This document shows, piece by piece, positions 31,828 through 43,740 of a stretch of DNA of 64,000 nucleotides. The notes below the pieces were generated by a model. It had not been told where the DNA came from and did not search any database. It saw only the letters and a list, made by a program, of their open reading frames with translations. The stretch lies in NCBI GenBank assembly GCA_965113315.1, contig OZ220368.1, one strand, 5' to 3'. The DNA is from Podarcis vaucheri. Its lineage: Eukaryota. The position numbers and the translations under genes were made by a program. Numbering within the stretch: position 1 is the stretch's first letter; the number at the start of each line of letters is the position of its first letter.

Positions 31828-31833
31828 AATAAA
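31828..31833 (+). terminator. Poly(A) signal of the VWC2-family gene
   Basis: AATAAA about 475 nt after the stop, followed by U-rich ttctctcttgtcttctg. Confidence 0.7.
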
Positions 31834-32086
31834 AGAACCTTGTAGAAGAGTTCTCTCTTGTCTTCTGGGCTGAGTAACTACGCCCAGAGTTTCCTGGGCC
31901 AGAAAACCCAGTCCCTGCTTTAAACAAACTTGTTGGGGAAGCACAATGAGGTGCCATTCATTTGGAAACAAATTTAATTCTTAATTTTGTACCTTGCCAA
32001 GATAGATTGCATAAACCTGCAGTGTTACCTCTATCCACAGACCCCACCTGAATCCCATAGGCAAGGAGTCTCCCAAGTTTTGAAAC

Positions 32087-32092
32087 TTTATT
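32087..32092 (-). terminator. Poly(A) signal of B4GALT2
   Basis: AATAAA on the minus strand ~1.4 kb after the stop; alternative ATTAAA at 31973-31978. Confidence 0.6.
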
Positions 32093-33473
32093 GAATACAA
32101 AAGTCTGATCGTAGTGACCAGTGCTGCATTCACCATAGGCTTGAAAAGGGATCAAAACATTCAAATGTACAAAAGTCACCAACACCTGGGCTGCGCAACA
32201 CACTCGTGCCTGGCTTCAAGCCTGGCCCAGCTGCCATCCCAAAGTGGACCGGCGCAGGAGATTCTACCTGCCAGGCACCATAACCAGAGATGAGGGACAC
32301 CAGCAGCTTCCTAGCTCCAGGAATTAGGCACACGGCCGCCATGTGTCATGAGCAGACGGTCGGACCCAGGGGCCTGGCCTCAGGTGGTGGCAGATGGCAG
32401 CTTGACAAAGAGGGCACGATGAGTGGTCAACGGCAGGTTGCCTGGCAGATGGCGGGAAGGTTGATTGGTGAGTGAGTGAGGGTTGGTATGGGGTAAGTGG
32501 GTTGGAGGTGAGAGGTAGGGGACAGGCAGCAAGAAGCCAACTTCACCTTCCTCTGTTCTGTAGCCATGGCCATAGGCCCATCGGTGCCTGTGAAAAAGAG
32601 AAGCCAGCCCACACCAGAGAGTAGGCCGAACCATGCCATTTTGATTCCATCCTTGCTGAGAAGTGAAGCACACACTGCCCAACCAATATTCCCCATTCAC
32701 AGACAGAAGAGCAAACACTGCTAGAAAGAATGACCTGTTGTCCTTTGACAGACAGGCTACCTGTCACACTAACCCAGGAAGCACTCAAGTATTCTAATGA
32801 GGGTTTTGTATAAAACGCCCCTGTGTTACTGGAGCCAGAAGTGACACCCAGGGCCCAGCAGGGGGACAGCACCAAGCCATGAATGGAGGTGGGCAGTGGC
32901 CAGGCCCATGAGAGCTTCTCCTTTGGAAGAGCTTCTCCTCAGCTGGGCACGAGTGAACCACCTGGACACCTTGCGAGCTGGCATTTGTCGTAAGGCCAGG
33001 CCACCCCCTGGAAGAAAGGCTCAAACGGCACTCTTGCACACTGAGAGGAAAGGAAAACAACTACCTGTACTGTACTTCCGGGATCCTTAAGGGATGCCGC
33101 TCTGTGGAAAGTTCTGGGAGAGGATAGGGAGGTTCAAGAACCTGCACAAGGTTTCTCTGCTCTCAGTGCCTTCCAGCCAGGAGTGGGGCTTGGCTGTGTC
33201 CAGGACCCCTAAGCACTGCGCCAGGCACCATGACACACTCACACCTCCTCCCCAACCTGTGAAGGGCACTGTGGAGAACTGACTAGTGATCAGGAGATGG
33301 GCTTCAGCCAAAGGCTGGGGCAAGGCGAAGGTGTAGTCTTGGCCTTTCCCGCATCCCCACAAAGGAGGCAGACAGCTCCTCCAAGCCAGGACACAGTCCT
33401 CTGAACCAGTCAGGGCTGGGATCCGCACAGCTCCTCATGCATGGGGCCATGGGCAGAGCCAGGCAGCAAAGAG

Positions 33474-36400
33474 TCAGCCCCGAGGGGGGCGTGGTGGTGG
33501 GCGGCCAATCTCCACGGTTACATTGGTGTACATGGGACGACGAACCACCTCCACCAGGCGGTACTGAAGCGAGCCAATGCCATCGCGTTTCATGGTCACC
33601 TTGGTATTCTGGATTTTGGTGAACCTGCCAGGAGAACCAGAGAAAAACTCATCTTACACATGAAAGTAGGCAGTTAGGTTAATTCAAGTTAAACCTACAA
33701 TCCATTCCTTGATGAATGGAATAGAGCAGGCTTCCTCAACCTTCGCCCTCCAGATGTTTTCAAGACTACAATTCCCATCATCCCTGACCACTGGTCCTGC
33801 TAGCTAGGGATCATGGGAGTTGTAGGCCAAAAACATCTGTAGGGCTGAGTTTGAGGAAGCCTGGACTAGAGAGTCTAATGACAGCTCAGGCCACTTGGAA
33901 GGATTTTGGGTAGAGCCTTATGTGACATTATCCACGCACAATAAAGCAATTTCTTATGTAGAGTTCCAGCATACAAAGCACTGTGGGACTTCCGAAATGA
34001 AATTGTGTCTTCTGAACACATGAACGGACAGTCACTATGCACAGCCCTTCCAGGTTGAAAGTCCCAAGTAACAGAGTGAGCTTCTCCACCCAGAGCTCAG
34101 CTGTAAAACAACAGTCCCTGTCAAATGATATAGCAAGGTTGCAAAGTGTGATGGCGTCATAGGATCCTGGAGGGCCATGGATGGTGACTGCATTTAGTTC
34201 TCAAGATAGGTGATTACTACCACCACACAACCTTCTCAAGTGGAATGTCAGGGTCTCATGAAATACGGTTTAGCGTATTGTCCTGAAACCATGCCAGCTG
34301 TGGCTTTTCTCTGGTTCCAGACAATAAATGGTAGGGCACAGGACAGGAGTCTCTTTCTCTTTCCTTGCCTAAAACTAGCAGAACATAGATTTAACCAAAC
34401 ACACCTGGTGCGTGGTTGGGACTCTGATTCATGTCTGTGTCTCTTAGAAGTAAGAGGCAGAGAGTGGAATTAAAACGGGGGGTAGGTCAGAAAGAGAGGA
34501 ACGCACATGCAGTAATAGAAAACACTCTCTGGGGGAAGGCTAAGGACTTGTAGGCTATCTTGGTTTGTCTCATGGTCATTCTACAGGGAGGCAAACAAAT
34601 GTGGCCCCTCTCTCCTCATGAGGTGTAGAGTAAAGGTAAGGTAAAGGGACCCCTGACCATTAGGTCCAGTCATGGCCGACGCTGGGGTTGCGGCGCTCAT
34701 CTCGCTTTATTGGCCGAGGGAGCCAGTGTACAGCTTCCGGGTCATGTGGCCAGCATGACTAAGCCGCTTCTGGCGAACCAGAGCAGTGCACGGAAACGCC
34801 GTTTACCTTCCCGCCGGAGCGGTACCTATTCATCTACTTGCACTTTGACGTGCTTTCGAACTGCTAGGTTGGCAGGAGCAGGGACCGAGCAACGGGAGCT
34901 CACCCCGTTGCGGGGATTTGAACCGCCGACCTTCTGATCAGCAAGTCCTAGGCTCTGTGGTTTAACCCACAGAGCCACCCTCGAGGTGTAGAGTAGTATG
35001 CTATAAAAGGGAAGAGGCTTCTGGAAGATTTTTTTCCATTAGAAATCAGGATGGAAAGCCATTATGTGCCCTGGAAAATGGTGCAGAAATTTTGTGGGAG
35101 CTTTCCATATCCTTATGTAGCTTGCAATGGACTAGGTAGGGAGCTAGCAAGCACATTGTCTTTCTCACCGCTGGGGATTGGGCTCATTGTGTCGGTCACG
35201 CTCGTGCTTGATCATGCGGTAGCGCCCAATGCGGGCATCAGGACGTGACACTTTCATGCCATTAAGCGAGATCCTGTGCAAAGAAAAAGTGCAGCTCAAA
35301 GATCAGCAGACAGGTCGGGGGCAAACTCTAAATAAAGCAGGAGTTAGTCCTCACCCTCCAGTCCTCAGCACCCCCAACCCCTTCTGGCTTTCAGAGTATT
35401 GGCTCCCCAGGCCTGCTATTTGGCCCTGATTGTTATGTGCTGTGGAATACCTACCTGCCTATGTCCTCCTCTCTCAGATTTGGGAGCATTGTTATAGAAA
35501 AGGCAGGTGTTGCATATTGCCACCTGTCATTTGCACAGCTACCCCACCCCAGAAGAGAATGCTGTTCCCTGCCACTCAGCACATTCCCAGGAGACACCAC
35601 ATGGAAAAACAGACTACATGGCTACTACAACCAACTTGCAGAGAACAAGTTCTGGCTAGGCTTGGCCCAGCCTCTCACGCACCGGTTAAAGATGTCGTCA
35701 TCTTCCCCACCCCAGCCCCAGTACTCGTTAGGGAAGCCATTGATCTTCAGAAACTGTGTCTTGCTCAGGCCAGAGACACCTCCGAAGTAGCCAGAGTATG
35801 GCAGCCTGCAGAGGACAAGCAGGAGAGATGGGAATCAGTCAAGCCACGAATGGGTTCAGGAGCACAGAACCTGGGTGGTCCAAGCTACACCTGACACAGT
35901 CTAAATCCCTGTTTCCAAATCAGCCATGTGATGGCAACCCATTGCTCCCACTGCATCAGGTCTCTCCTAAATCCTTCCCATTTCCCTTCTCCTTAGCGGG
36001 AATGCAGGATTCCATTTTATACACACTGTACCTCCTCCATCTCCTTTTGCCATGTTTGGCAGGTAAGAATATAGACAACACGGAACATTCACGTGGGGAT
36101 CCTGTCTGCTTGTTTACATCACCTTCATATAGGTTTTGCAAGCGCCCATTCCATAATGTAGTATCACAAGGACTTCCCTGGAGCATTTCATCTAGTCATA
36201 TAAGAGGCAGCAAAGTTTAAATTAGGAGTGTGCACCAAACAGAAGATTCAGTTTGGCCCTTGAGTCAGTGCTTCAGAAAACAACATGCCTAAGTCCCAAG
36301 TGCTTCTGAGTTGGGGAAAAACAAGATTTCATTTCCCCTCGTTCACTATTGGGTTGTTGTTGTTTTTTAAGCTATACCTTTCCCCCTTTTTACAGTGGAT

Positions 36401-39400
36401 AAAATTTGCAGGCACATTAGCCGCTCCACAGCAGATTCAGCCAGCCAAATAATTCCAGGGTGGGGATTTTTTCTGTCAGGTATCTTTGAAATTTGATGGT
36501 TATTTTTTTAAGCAAACTTTCCCCCCCTTCCCCACTATTGGATGAAATTTGCAGGCATCAGAGTCTCCAAGAAAGATGAATCCTGTCAAATTTCTGAACG
36601 ATAGCTTCATTGGTTTTCCCACAAGGACAGCCTTCACAGTTTGGGGATGGGTAAAAAGTGTCCACTTAAACTTCCCATGTCTTTTGAGGGCAATTGTTCG
36701 GAAAGCAGACATGAAAGAAGTTTCCCTAGGTATGAAACTTGCCAATGGCAGACAAATTGGTTCAATTTTTGTGAAATAAGGACTTTTAAAGTTGATCTTG
36801 GGGTTCAGGGAACAGAACTAAAACGGATTTCCTTTCCTCCCCACAAAGCACTGGGGTTGAAGACTCCAGGTGAACTCATTCCCTCTGGTTACAAGCTTGA
36901 CCTGTCAGTCACAGCAGAATTCCCCCCCCCCCATTACCCTGGCATTTGTTCTACTTTTCTACTTCAGCCATTCCACGCCCCTTCTGCTTTCCTTATACAC
37001 TAAAGTTAGCTACATTAGTTTTGCTTTCAGCAGACAATTGTCAGAGTTGTCATGGTGCCATGAGGCATTTTGGGAAATCCCCACTTTGTCTCTGGATCCC
37101 TGAAGAGGTTCCACTTTGTCTCAGACCATCCCAGAATCTCTGCAAATCACCCTGCTTTGGCTGGGGATTCATCCAAAGCTGTTGTATATCCCCCACTTTT
37201 AAGTACAAAAACCCTGCAAATTATGAAGAAATGTGACATGGTAGTCTTAAGAATGGGGGAGGTTCCTGTACTGCAATCTAGATAAGAAACACATTTCACA
37301 GCTTGCAGGTCCCCACAAGGTCCAAGCCAACACAGAATGAGAGCACATATGTGTGCAATAAAGTCATATATTCCTCATTCCATTTTGCCTCTGACACTCT
37401 GAACAATTTCAAGGGGCCACTGGCATCTCAAAAAAGATCAAAGTGCACAAACTCACCGGAAGCCAAACTTATCCATGGCAACAGCAAAGTGCCGGGGTTG
37501 GTCATAACAGCGATAGAGATTCCGGTCATCCATGGGCACCAGGTCAACGTCGCTGAAGATGAAGCAGTCATAGCTCTCATCATCTCGAAGGGCTTCTAGG
37601 AAGCCCACATTCAACAGCTTAGCTCGGTTAAAGGTGTCTTCACCAAACTGTATGGAAAGATAATGAAGGGCGGGGTCACATCAACTGCCATGACCCTCTT
37701 ACTCTTTCTTACCTGATGCAGCTGGCCGCCCTCTCTCTTGAGGAGGAGGAGTTTGGATTTGATATCCCGCTTTATCACTACCCGAAGGAGTCTCAAAGCG
37801 GCTAACAATCTCCTTTCCCTTCCTCCCCCACAACAAACACTCTGTGAAGTGAGTGGGGCTGAGAGACTTCAGAGAAGTGTGACTGGCCCAAGGTCACCCA
37901 GCAGCTGCATGTGGAGGAGCGGAGACGCGAACCCGGTTCCCCAGATTACGAGTCTACCGCTCTTAACCACTACACCACACTGGCTCTTGTTACATTTCAT
38001 TGTAAATAGCATTCTATTTTTCCCCTATTTTTTTCTAGAACTGTTCTATCTCCCTTTATAGATCTTGCAAAGTCCCATCAACTGTATTTCAGGTGTATCG
38101 TCATGTCAGAGAGCAGGCCTGATTTTTTTAAACGAGAAGCAAGTGAGAAGCATCTACATCACATTCCACACTTACCATGGGTGCAAAGTTCATGGTGCAT
38201 TGTAAGGCCCACACTCTGCTTCCCCCACAAAGCAGGAAGCCTTTGCTTCCAATCAGAACAGAGAGGCATATATTCATGAAAACTAACATACCGCTTTCCC
38301 TAATCAGGTTCCTCTCAAGGAAACCGGATGGCACTATGTTCTAAATCCAACCATCTTGCTCTCTTCCACATCAGTGGTGCCATTGGGACAGAACTTTGGG
38401 TCAGATATCCAGGCCCTACTCCTTCTGCTTTGGAGGACAGCAGGGCTGGAACACCATATTTTGAAGTAATGCACATTACCATCTGAAGGGGATATCAATG
38501 AGACCATTCAGTCCAGAATGCTCAATGACCCAACTGCACCACTGCCCCCACATTATCATTTTCTACGCACCTGGTTAATTATATAGATGCTGTAAGACAC
38601 CTTCTGGCGCCGTAGAATCGGGTGCAGGTAGTGCAGCCAGTACTTGAGGTGGTGCTCCCGGTGCCGGAACGGAATGAGGATGGCCACCTTCTGGCGAGGC
38701 ACACAGTCTGGGGGAGAATACTTGCCGCCCTCCCGCACATCTGGGTTTTCCCGTTGCACCCGCTCCATGCTCATGGGAGTGCTGAACTCGATAAGGAGCC
38801 GGCCCACTGCAGGAGAAAGGACTCCATTATCTATGCATCAGCCACGGCCTCTTGACTTACACAAACAGCTCATGTCCCTTTCACTAGCCAAGTTGGCGGG
38901 GCACTGCCCAGAAAAAAATCAGCAAAGAAACCTAAAAACCGAAACATGTATCAAGCGTAGAGACAGCAAACAGTCAAAGCAGAGTTAACTCGAATACCCA
39001 GCTAAGTGATTCAGAGTTAACAGGAAAGGTTGTTGCTCATTGCAGATTGCATTGTTTAATAAAAGTTTTAGCCCCAGTTAAATATCAATACCAAAGCTTG
39101 TGCTTCAACTCTTTATCCACCTGTCAGGAATAAAGGTATTAAGTTCTCTATGCCTTAAATGTTTTACCCCCTAGGGTGAGGAGATGGTCTACTTTGGTCT
39201 TCACCAACCCAGTGCTCTCCTGATGTTTTTGCGCTACAAGTTTCAGCAGCAGCAGCCATGTTATAGTCCAATACATCTGGAGGGCATCAGGTGAGTGAAA
39301 GCTGGTCTACTTCATGCATTCATTCGAAGAGATCAGCATAAGAAGGAGCTAACCCTTGTAGCCCCTACTAAGCCATGTCTGTGCAGAAGCTGAGCCCTTT

Positions 39401-40155
39401 CCCCAATTACTTGTAGCCCACTTGCAGAAAGGCACCAGCTAGGTACAGTGGGGCTGGGAAAGAGACAAGGAGTTGCCATGGCAAAAAAGGAAATAATAAG
39501 TCCGCTATCTGATCACTGTAAATATACTAAGAACACTATTCAGTTTGCCAGCTTTCAACAAATACTGTCCACATATTCCCAACTGCTTTTCCACTGCAGG
39601 ATTGGCTCCAATGGTGGAGGCTATTGGAGCCTATGATTTGCAATACCATGCCTATTCTGCAGATTCCTAGATCTTCTAGTTCCTATTATCAGGAGCCAAA
39701 GCCACTTGACATATTTGCATTGACAGGGAAACAGCAGGTGGCAAGCAGGGCACAAATAAACCCAATAACTGCAATACAGTTTCCCCACTAAAGAGCCTTC
39801 TGTAGGACACGGCATGAGGCAGACAGAGCTCATCTGTAATCTTACCTAGGCCAGGAGGCATCTCTGGGCAAGGTGGTAAGGGCTTCTCGGTGACAGTGCT
39901 GTTCATACTGACGGACTTCACACTCGGGGCCAGGAGCTCAGGGCCCAGAGGCCCGGCGGTCCCATTAGGCCGAGAGACGTTGACGTAGGGCAGAGTGCGG
40001 GAGGAGTTGCGCATATTGAAGCGGCTGAAAAAGTCCAGGCGCTGGGCGTAGACATCAAAGTAGAGGATCATGATGATGAGGAAGTGCAGTAAACATAAGA
40101 GCAGCACAGCTTTGCAGATCCTCTCCAGGGTCACTCCCACCAGCAATCTGCTCAT
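33474..40155 (-). CDS. B4GALT2: Beta-1,4-galactosyltransferase 2, 371 aa
   Basis: Coding exons 40155-39846, 38806-38571, 37647-37457, 35805-35683, 35273-35169, 33624-33474 (TGA); 1116 nt. MSRLLVGVTLERICKAVLLLCLLHFL type II anchor, IPFRHR, FNRAKLLNVG, SDVD, YWGWGGEDDD motifs; synteny with ATP6V0B and CCDC24. Confidence 0.97.
33727..33863. mobile_element. Short hAT MITE (family of 5612-5747)
   Basis: TIR caggcttcctcaac / tttgaggaagcctg; imperfect 8-bp TSD gaatagag / gactagag. Confidence 0.85.
34633..34982 (-). mobile_element. Sauria SINE (Squam1-type)
   Basis: Reverse complement closely matches 24267-24640; 13-bp TSD gaggtgtagagta at 34620-34632 and 34983-34995. Confidence 0.92.
37740..37987 (-). 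mobile_element. Squam3-type tRNA-derived SINE
   Basis: On minus: agagccagtgtggtgtagtggttaagagc (A box), gggttcgcgtctcc (B box), gggtgaccttgggccagtcac core, (CCT)n tail. Confidence 0.8.
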
Positions 40156-41309
40156 CTTCTGGGCACAGGCCAGCCAGCATCAGGGGGGCACAGTGTAGGG
40201 GGCTCTGGCCCAGGCACCAAGCCTATTTGGGAAAGATGGAGGGGTCAGCAAATACACCTTCCCTACCAGCAGCACCCACCAATCACTCTCATAAGAGCAC
40301 AGTGTGTTAAAGGCAAGCAAGTACTACTCCTTCTGTCTTCCCCACAAATTTTGGGCATCTTTCATGGGGAAAGGGTGGCCATCCTATCACTACCATCACC
40401 CACAACCTGCAGAATGACTATGCATGCTTACACTATGGTACTGATTCCAGTCTAAGTAGATGAGCTTTTTCAATCTAATAACTCTCCTGGCATTCTATCT
40501 CCCCCTATAAAGAAATGTTGGCAAATGGGCAAGAAGCAGCCCAGCCAAAGAAACAAAAACAAAAGAGATGAAGGGCTGGCACTCAACAAGGGGTTATTAA
40601 GAAGGAAGGAGAGGGCTTCCCACTTGCCAGCACTGATATCCTCCTGCCCTTAACATCAGAAATGAAAGAAGGGCAGGTGTCCCTTGAGCTTGGGGGGGGG
40701 GGCAGACACAGGAATCAAGAGGTGAATGATCCAAGTTAGGCACTGCATCCCTTTCCAGGGATCAGGGCCTGTCTTATCTCTCCAACAACAGCTCAGGTAC
40801 CAGCTCTGGAACTAGACCTTTACCACACCAGACCAGCACCGCACCCATGCCCTCTTTTCTGTATTCAATTATCCTTTGCTTCCTCAAAGATCTACAGCCT
40901 GCACACACAGACATGACAGATAACACAGATCAATCACCCATCATCATACCTCTTATCAGAAAAAGGAACCAGTTCCACAGCATTTGGAAGGGAACAATTC
41001 TCAACAGGAGCTTTATTTAAGAGGGGCTGTTCCATTTTCACTTTGAAATCTGCTGTCCCATGCTGGAGTCCCTTTTTTGTGTGTGGAGGGGATAAAAAAG
41101 GCAAGCTGGATCTAAGGCACAATTGTACACATGTGAAGAGTATCTGATCTTATCCTTATCAGCAGGATCCCCCCTCATCTATGACAACGAATTTGTAGGA
41201 TAATAGCAGAAAGCAGGCAGAAAGAACAGAATGCAGAGCAGGGCTGTACTCCTAGCCCCACTTATCTGGGAGTAAGCCCCACTGTGTTTAATAGGACTTA
41301 CTTCTGAAT

Positions 41310-41672
41310 CGAGGGATGCGGGTGGCGCTGTGGTCTAAACCACTGAGCCTAGCGCTTGCCGATCGGAAGGTCGGCAGTTCAAATCCCCACAACGGGGTGA
41401 GCTCCCATTGTTCGGTCCCAGCTCCTGCCCACCTAGCAGTTCGAAAGCACATCAAAGTGCAAGCAGATAAATCGGTACTGCTCCGACAGGAAGGTAAATG
41501 ACTTTCCTTACGCTGCTTTCTGTTTTGCCAGAAGTGGCTTAGTCATACTGGCCACATGACCTGGAAGCTGTCTGCAGACAAACGCCGGCTCCCTCAGCCT
41601 ATAGAGTGAGATGAGGGCTGCAACCCCAGAGTCGTTCGCAATTGGACCTAACGGTCAGGGGTACCTTTACCT
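41310..41672 (+). mobile_element. Sauria SINE (more diverged copy)
   Basis: gggatgcgggtggcgctgtggtctaaacc head, (ACCTTT) tail; 12-bp TSD ttacttctgaat at 41298-41309 and 41673-41684. Confidence 0.9.
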
Positions 41673-43113
41673 TTACTTCTGAATAGGAATGGTTAGGATG
41701 GCACTCTTAGGAGTCCCAATGAGACTAAAGTCTAACTAGAGAAGTAACCTTAGGATTCCCAAGGAGCCTGAAGTCTAATTAGAGAAGTAAATTTCCTGGA
41801 AATATTGAAGCCATGATTAAAAAACCCAGGGTTTTTTCCACCACTACCTCAAAATAGACATTTATGGGGACCCTGAAACATTTGCAATACTTTTGAAATG
41901 CACTATGCAGATTGAGGGGTGTTAGGAGAGGAGGAGTACCTCTGGCAGCAGACTCGTAATGCTCTTTCTGGGAAAGTTTGTCCATGTTTGGTTCCCACCC
42001 TGCACTCAGCTCTCACCTGTGGCTCCTATAGGTTGTCAGAATGTGACAGTGGCACACTCCAGGAATGGCTTCAACTGGCTGGCTAAATCAGGTAAGGGTG
42101 GCCAATGCATCTCAAATCCTCAGTAAGTTAAGGACTTTCCCTGCATGCAAAGAAAGGCTCCAACATGTTCAGCAGAAGAGACCAATAGTGGGCCAAATGG
42201 TCAAGAAGGCTGTAAGGAACCTAGCATCTCTTTGGTTGCCAGTTTATGAGGAGCAGACAAAACACTATACAGAGAGAATAAATCATCAACATTATAGCAA
42301 GACAAAGAATATTATTGTCTCCTCCAGACCTCCAAAGTGTCAAGCAGACATAAAGCACTCAATTCCATAAAAAGAACTGAGAGGGGGAAAGAGGGTGACC
42401 AAGACTCAATGGATACTACATAGAATTTAATCAGTCTCATTTTCAGAGCTATTGCCATCAGTTTATGCTTCTTAATATCTGTCATTATATTTATCAGAGA
42501 CTTCTAAAACCTCTACTTTCTCCACTCACACCCACAGTCCTTTGAGGCCCAGGCAAGAGCACAGAAACAAACCCAACAACTGTGCCAACAAGAGGAAGCC
42601 CACAAGCAAAGTAACTGAATCTTTCACATGTTAATTGCAGTGCCTCACAGAGGTAGCAATGCAACTTGCTTTTGCATTTGAGAATTGTGCTTTCAGTGTG
42701 CAACTCGTGACCTGCTTATTCTAAGTGTACAGGAATAATATTGTAAGGATCTTGTACTGTACAAAGTCTTACATAAAAGTCTTCCTATTATGAAGTTTTT
42801 AGAAATCATTTTGGGGAGTAAAACTCTATCCACCGTTCCAAAAGAAAATGTTTCATAAGCCTATTTTTTCACTTTAGGGGGCAGGGTAAGGCTTTTTGGT
42901 GTGGAACTGGGTATCCCTTCCAAATATTTTTGTTTCCCCACCTAGACCTTCACAATCCCTGTGACGGAAAAGTGCAGAGTATAAATATATAATCATCATC
43001 ATCTCAAGTTACTGTGCATGAAATATCAGCTTAAAAATAATAATAAACCTGCTCCTTTAATTCATTCTAGCTGTACTGAACATGGGACTGTGTGAAAGTA
43101 GGTTTTGTTAGAA

Positions 43114-43248
43114 CAGGGGTGGATAACTTTTGGCCCTCCTGATGTTGCTGAAATACAACACCCATCATCCCTGTCCACTGTCCATTTCTGCGCTGGGGCT
43201 GATGGGTAGTTCAGAAACATCTGGAGGGCCAGGGGTTCTGCATCCCTG
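43114..43248. mobile_element. Short hAT MITE
   Basis: TIR cagggg / tccctg, palindromic interior; exact 8-bp TSD tgttagaa 43106-43113 and 43249-43256. Confidence 0.85.
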
Positions 43249-43664
43249 TGTTAGAAGAAGAATAAAGTCTCTATAACAATAGATTTATTTATTTGGAGTC
43301 TTACCTTATGCCAAAGTCAAACATTTCACTGCACTCACTGCCACTGATGGAAGGAAATAGGAGTTTTCAAGTAACTACTTCAGACACCAGGAGAAAGCAT
43401 CTGGCTCTCAGCTTAATACAGAGGAAAGTTATAATAAGCTGTTTCATTCAGGCAAATGCTGGGCTAATCACAAAGCATTTAGCACGTCAGACAGCTGCAT
43501 ATTCAGTACATTCACCCACATACCTTAATCCCATAAAATCTCTTTCATCCTTTGTGACTGAAACAGCAGACTTTATGCCTTACTACTGCACTATAGAGTT
43601 CTATGACCCTCACAAAAAGGGAAGAAGCCAATAACTCTCTCCTTACATGGGGAGGCAGTGAATA

Positions 43665-43740
43665 ACAGAATCATAGAGTTGTAGAGTTGGAAGGGACCAC
43701 GAGGGACCACCATCTATTCTAGTCCAACCACCTGCAATGG
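43665..43740 (-). mobile_element. CR1 LINE 3' end fragment
   Basis: agaatcatagagttgtagagttggaagggacc...tagtccaacc is the reverse complement of a typical CR1 terminus. Confidence 0.6.

Noticed and set aside
33468-33476. TGA-C stop context of B4GALT2 as a readthrough site
   Set aside because: The context is TGA CTC, not the TGA CTAG motif, and there is no other support.
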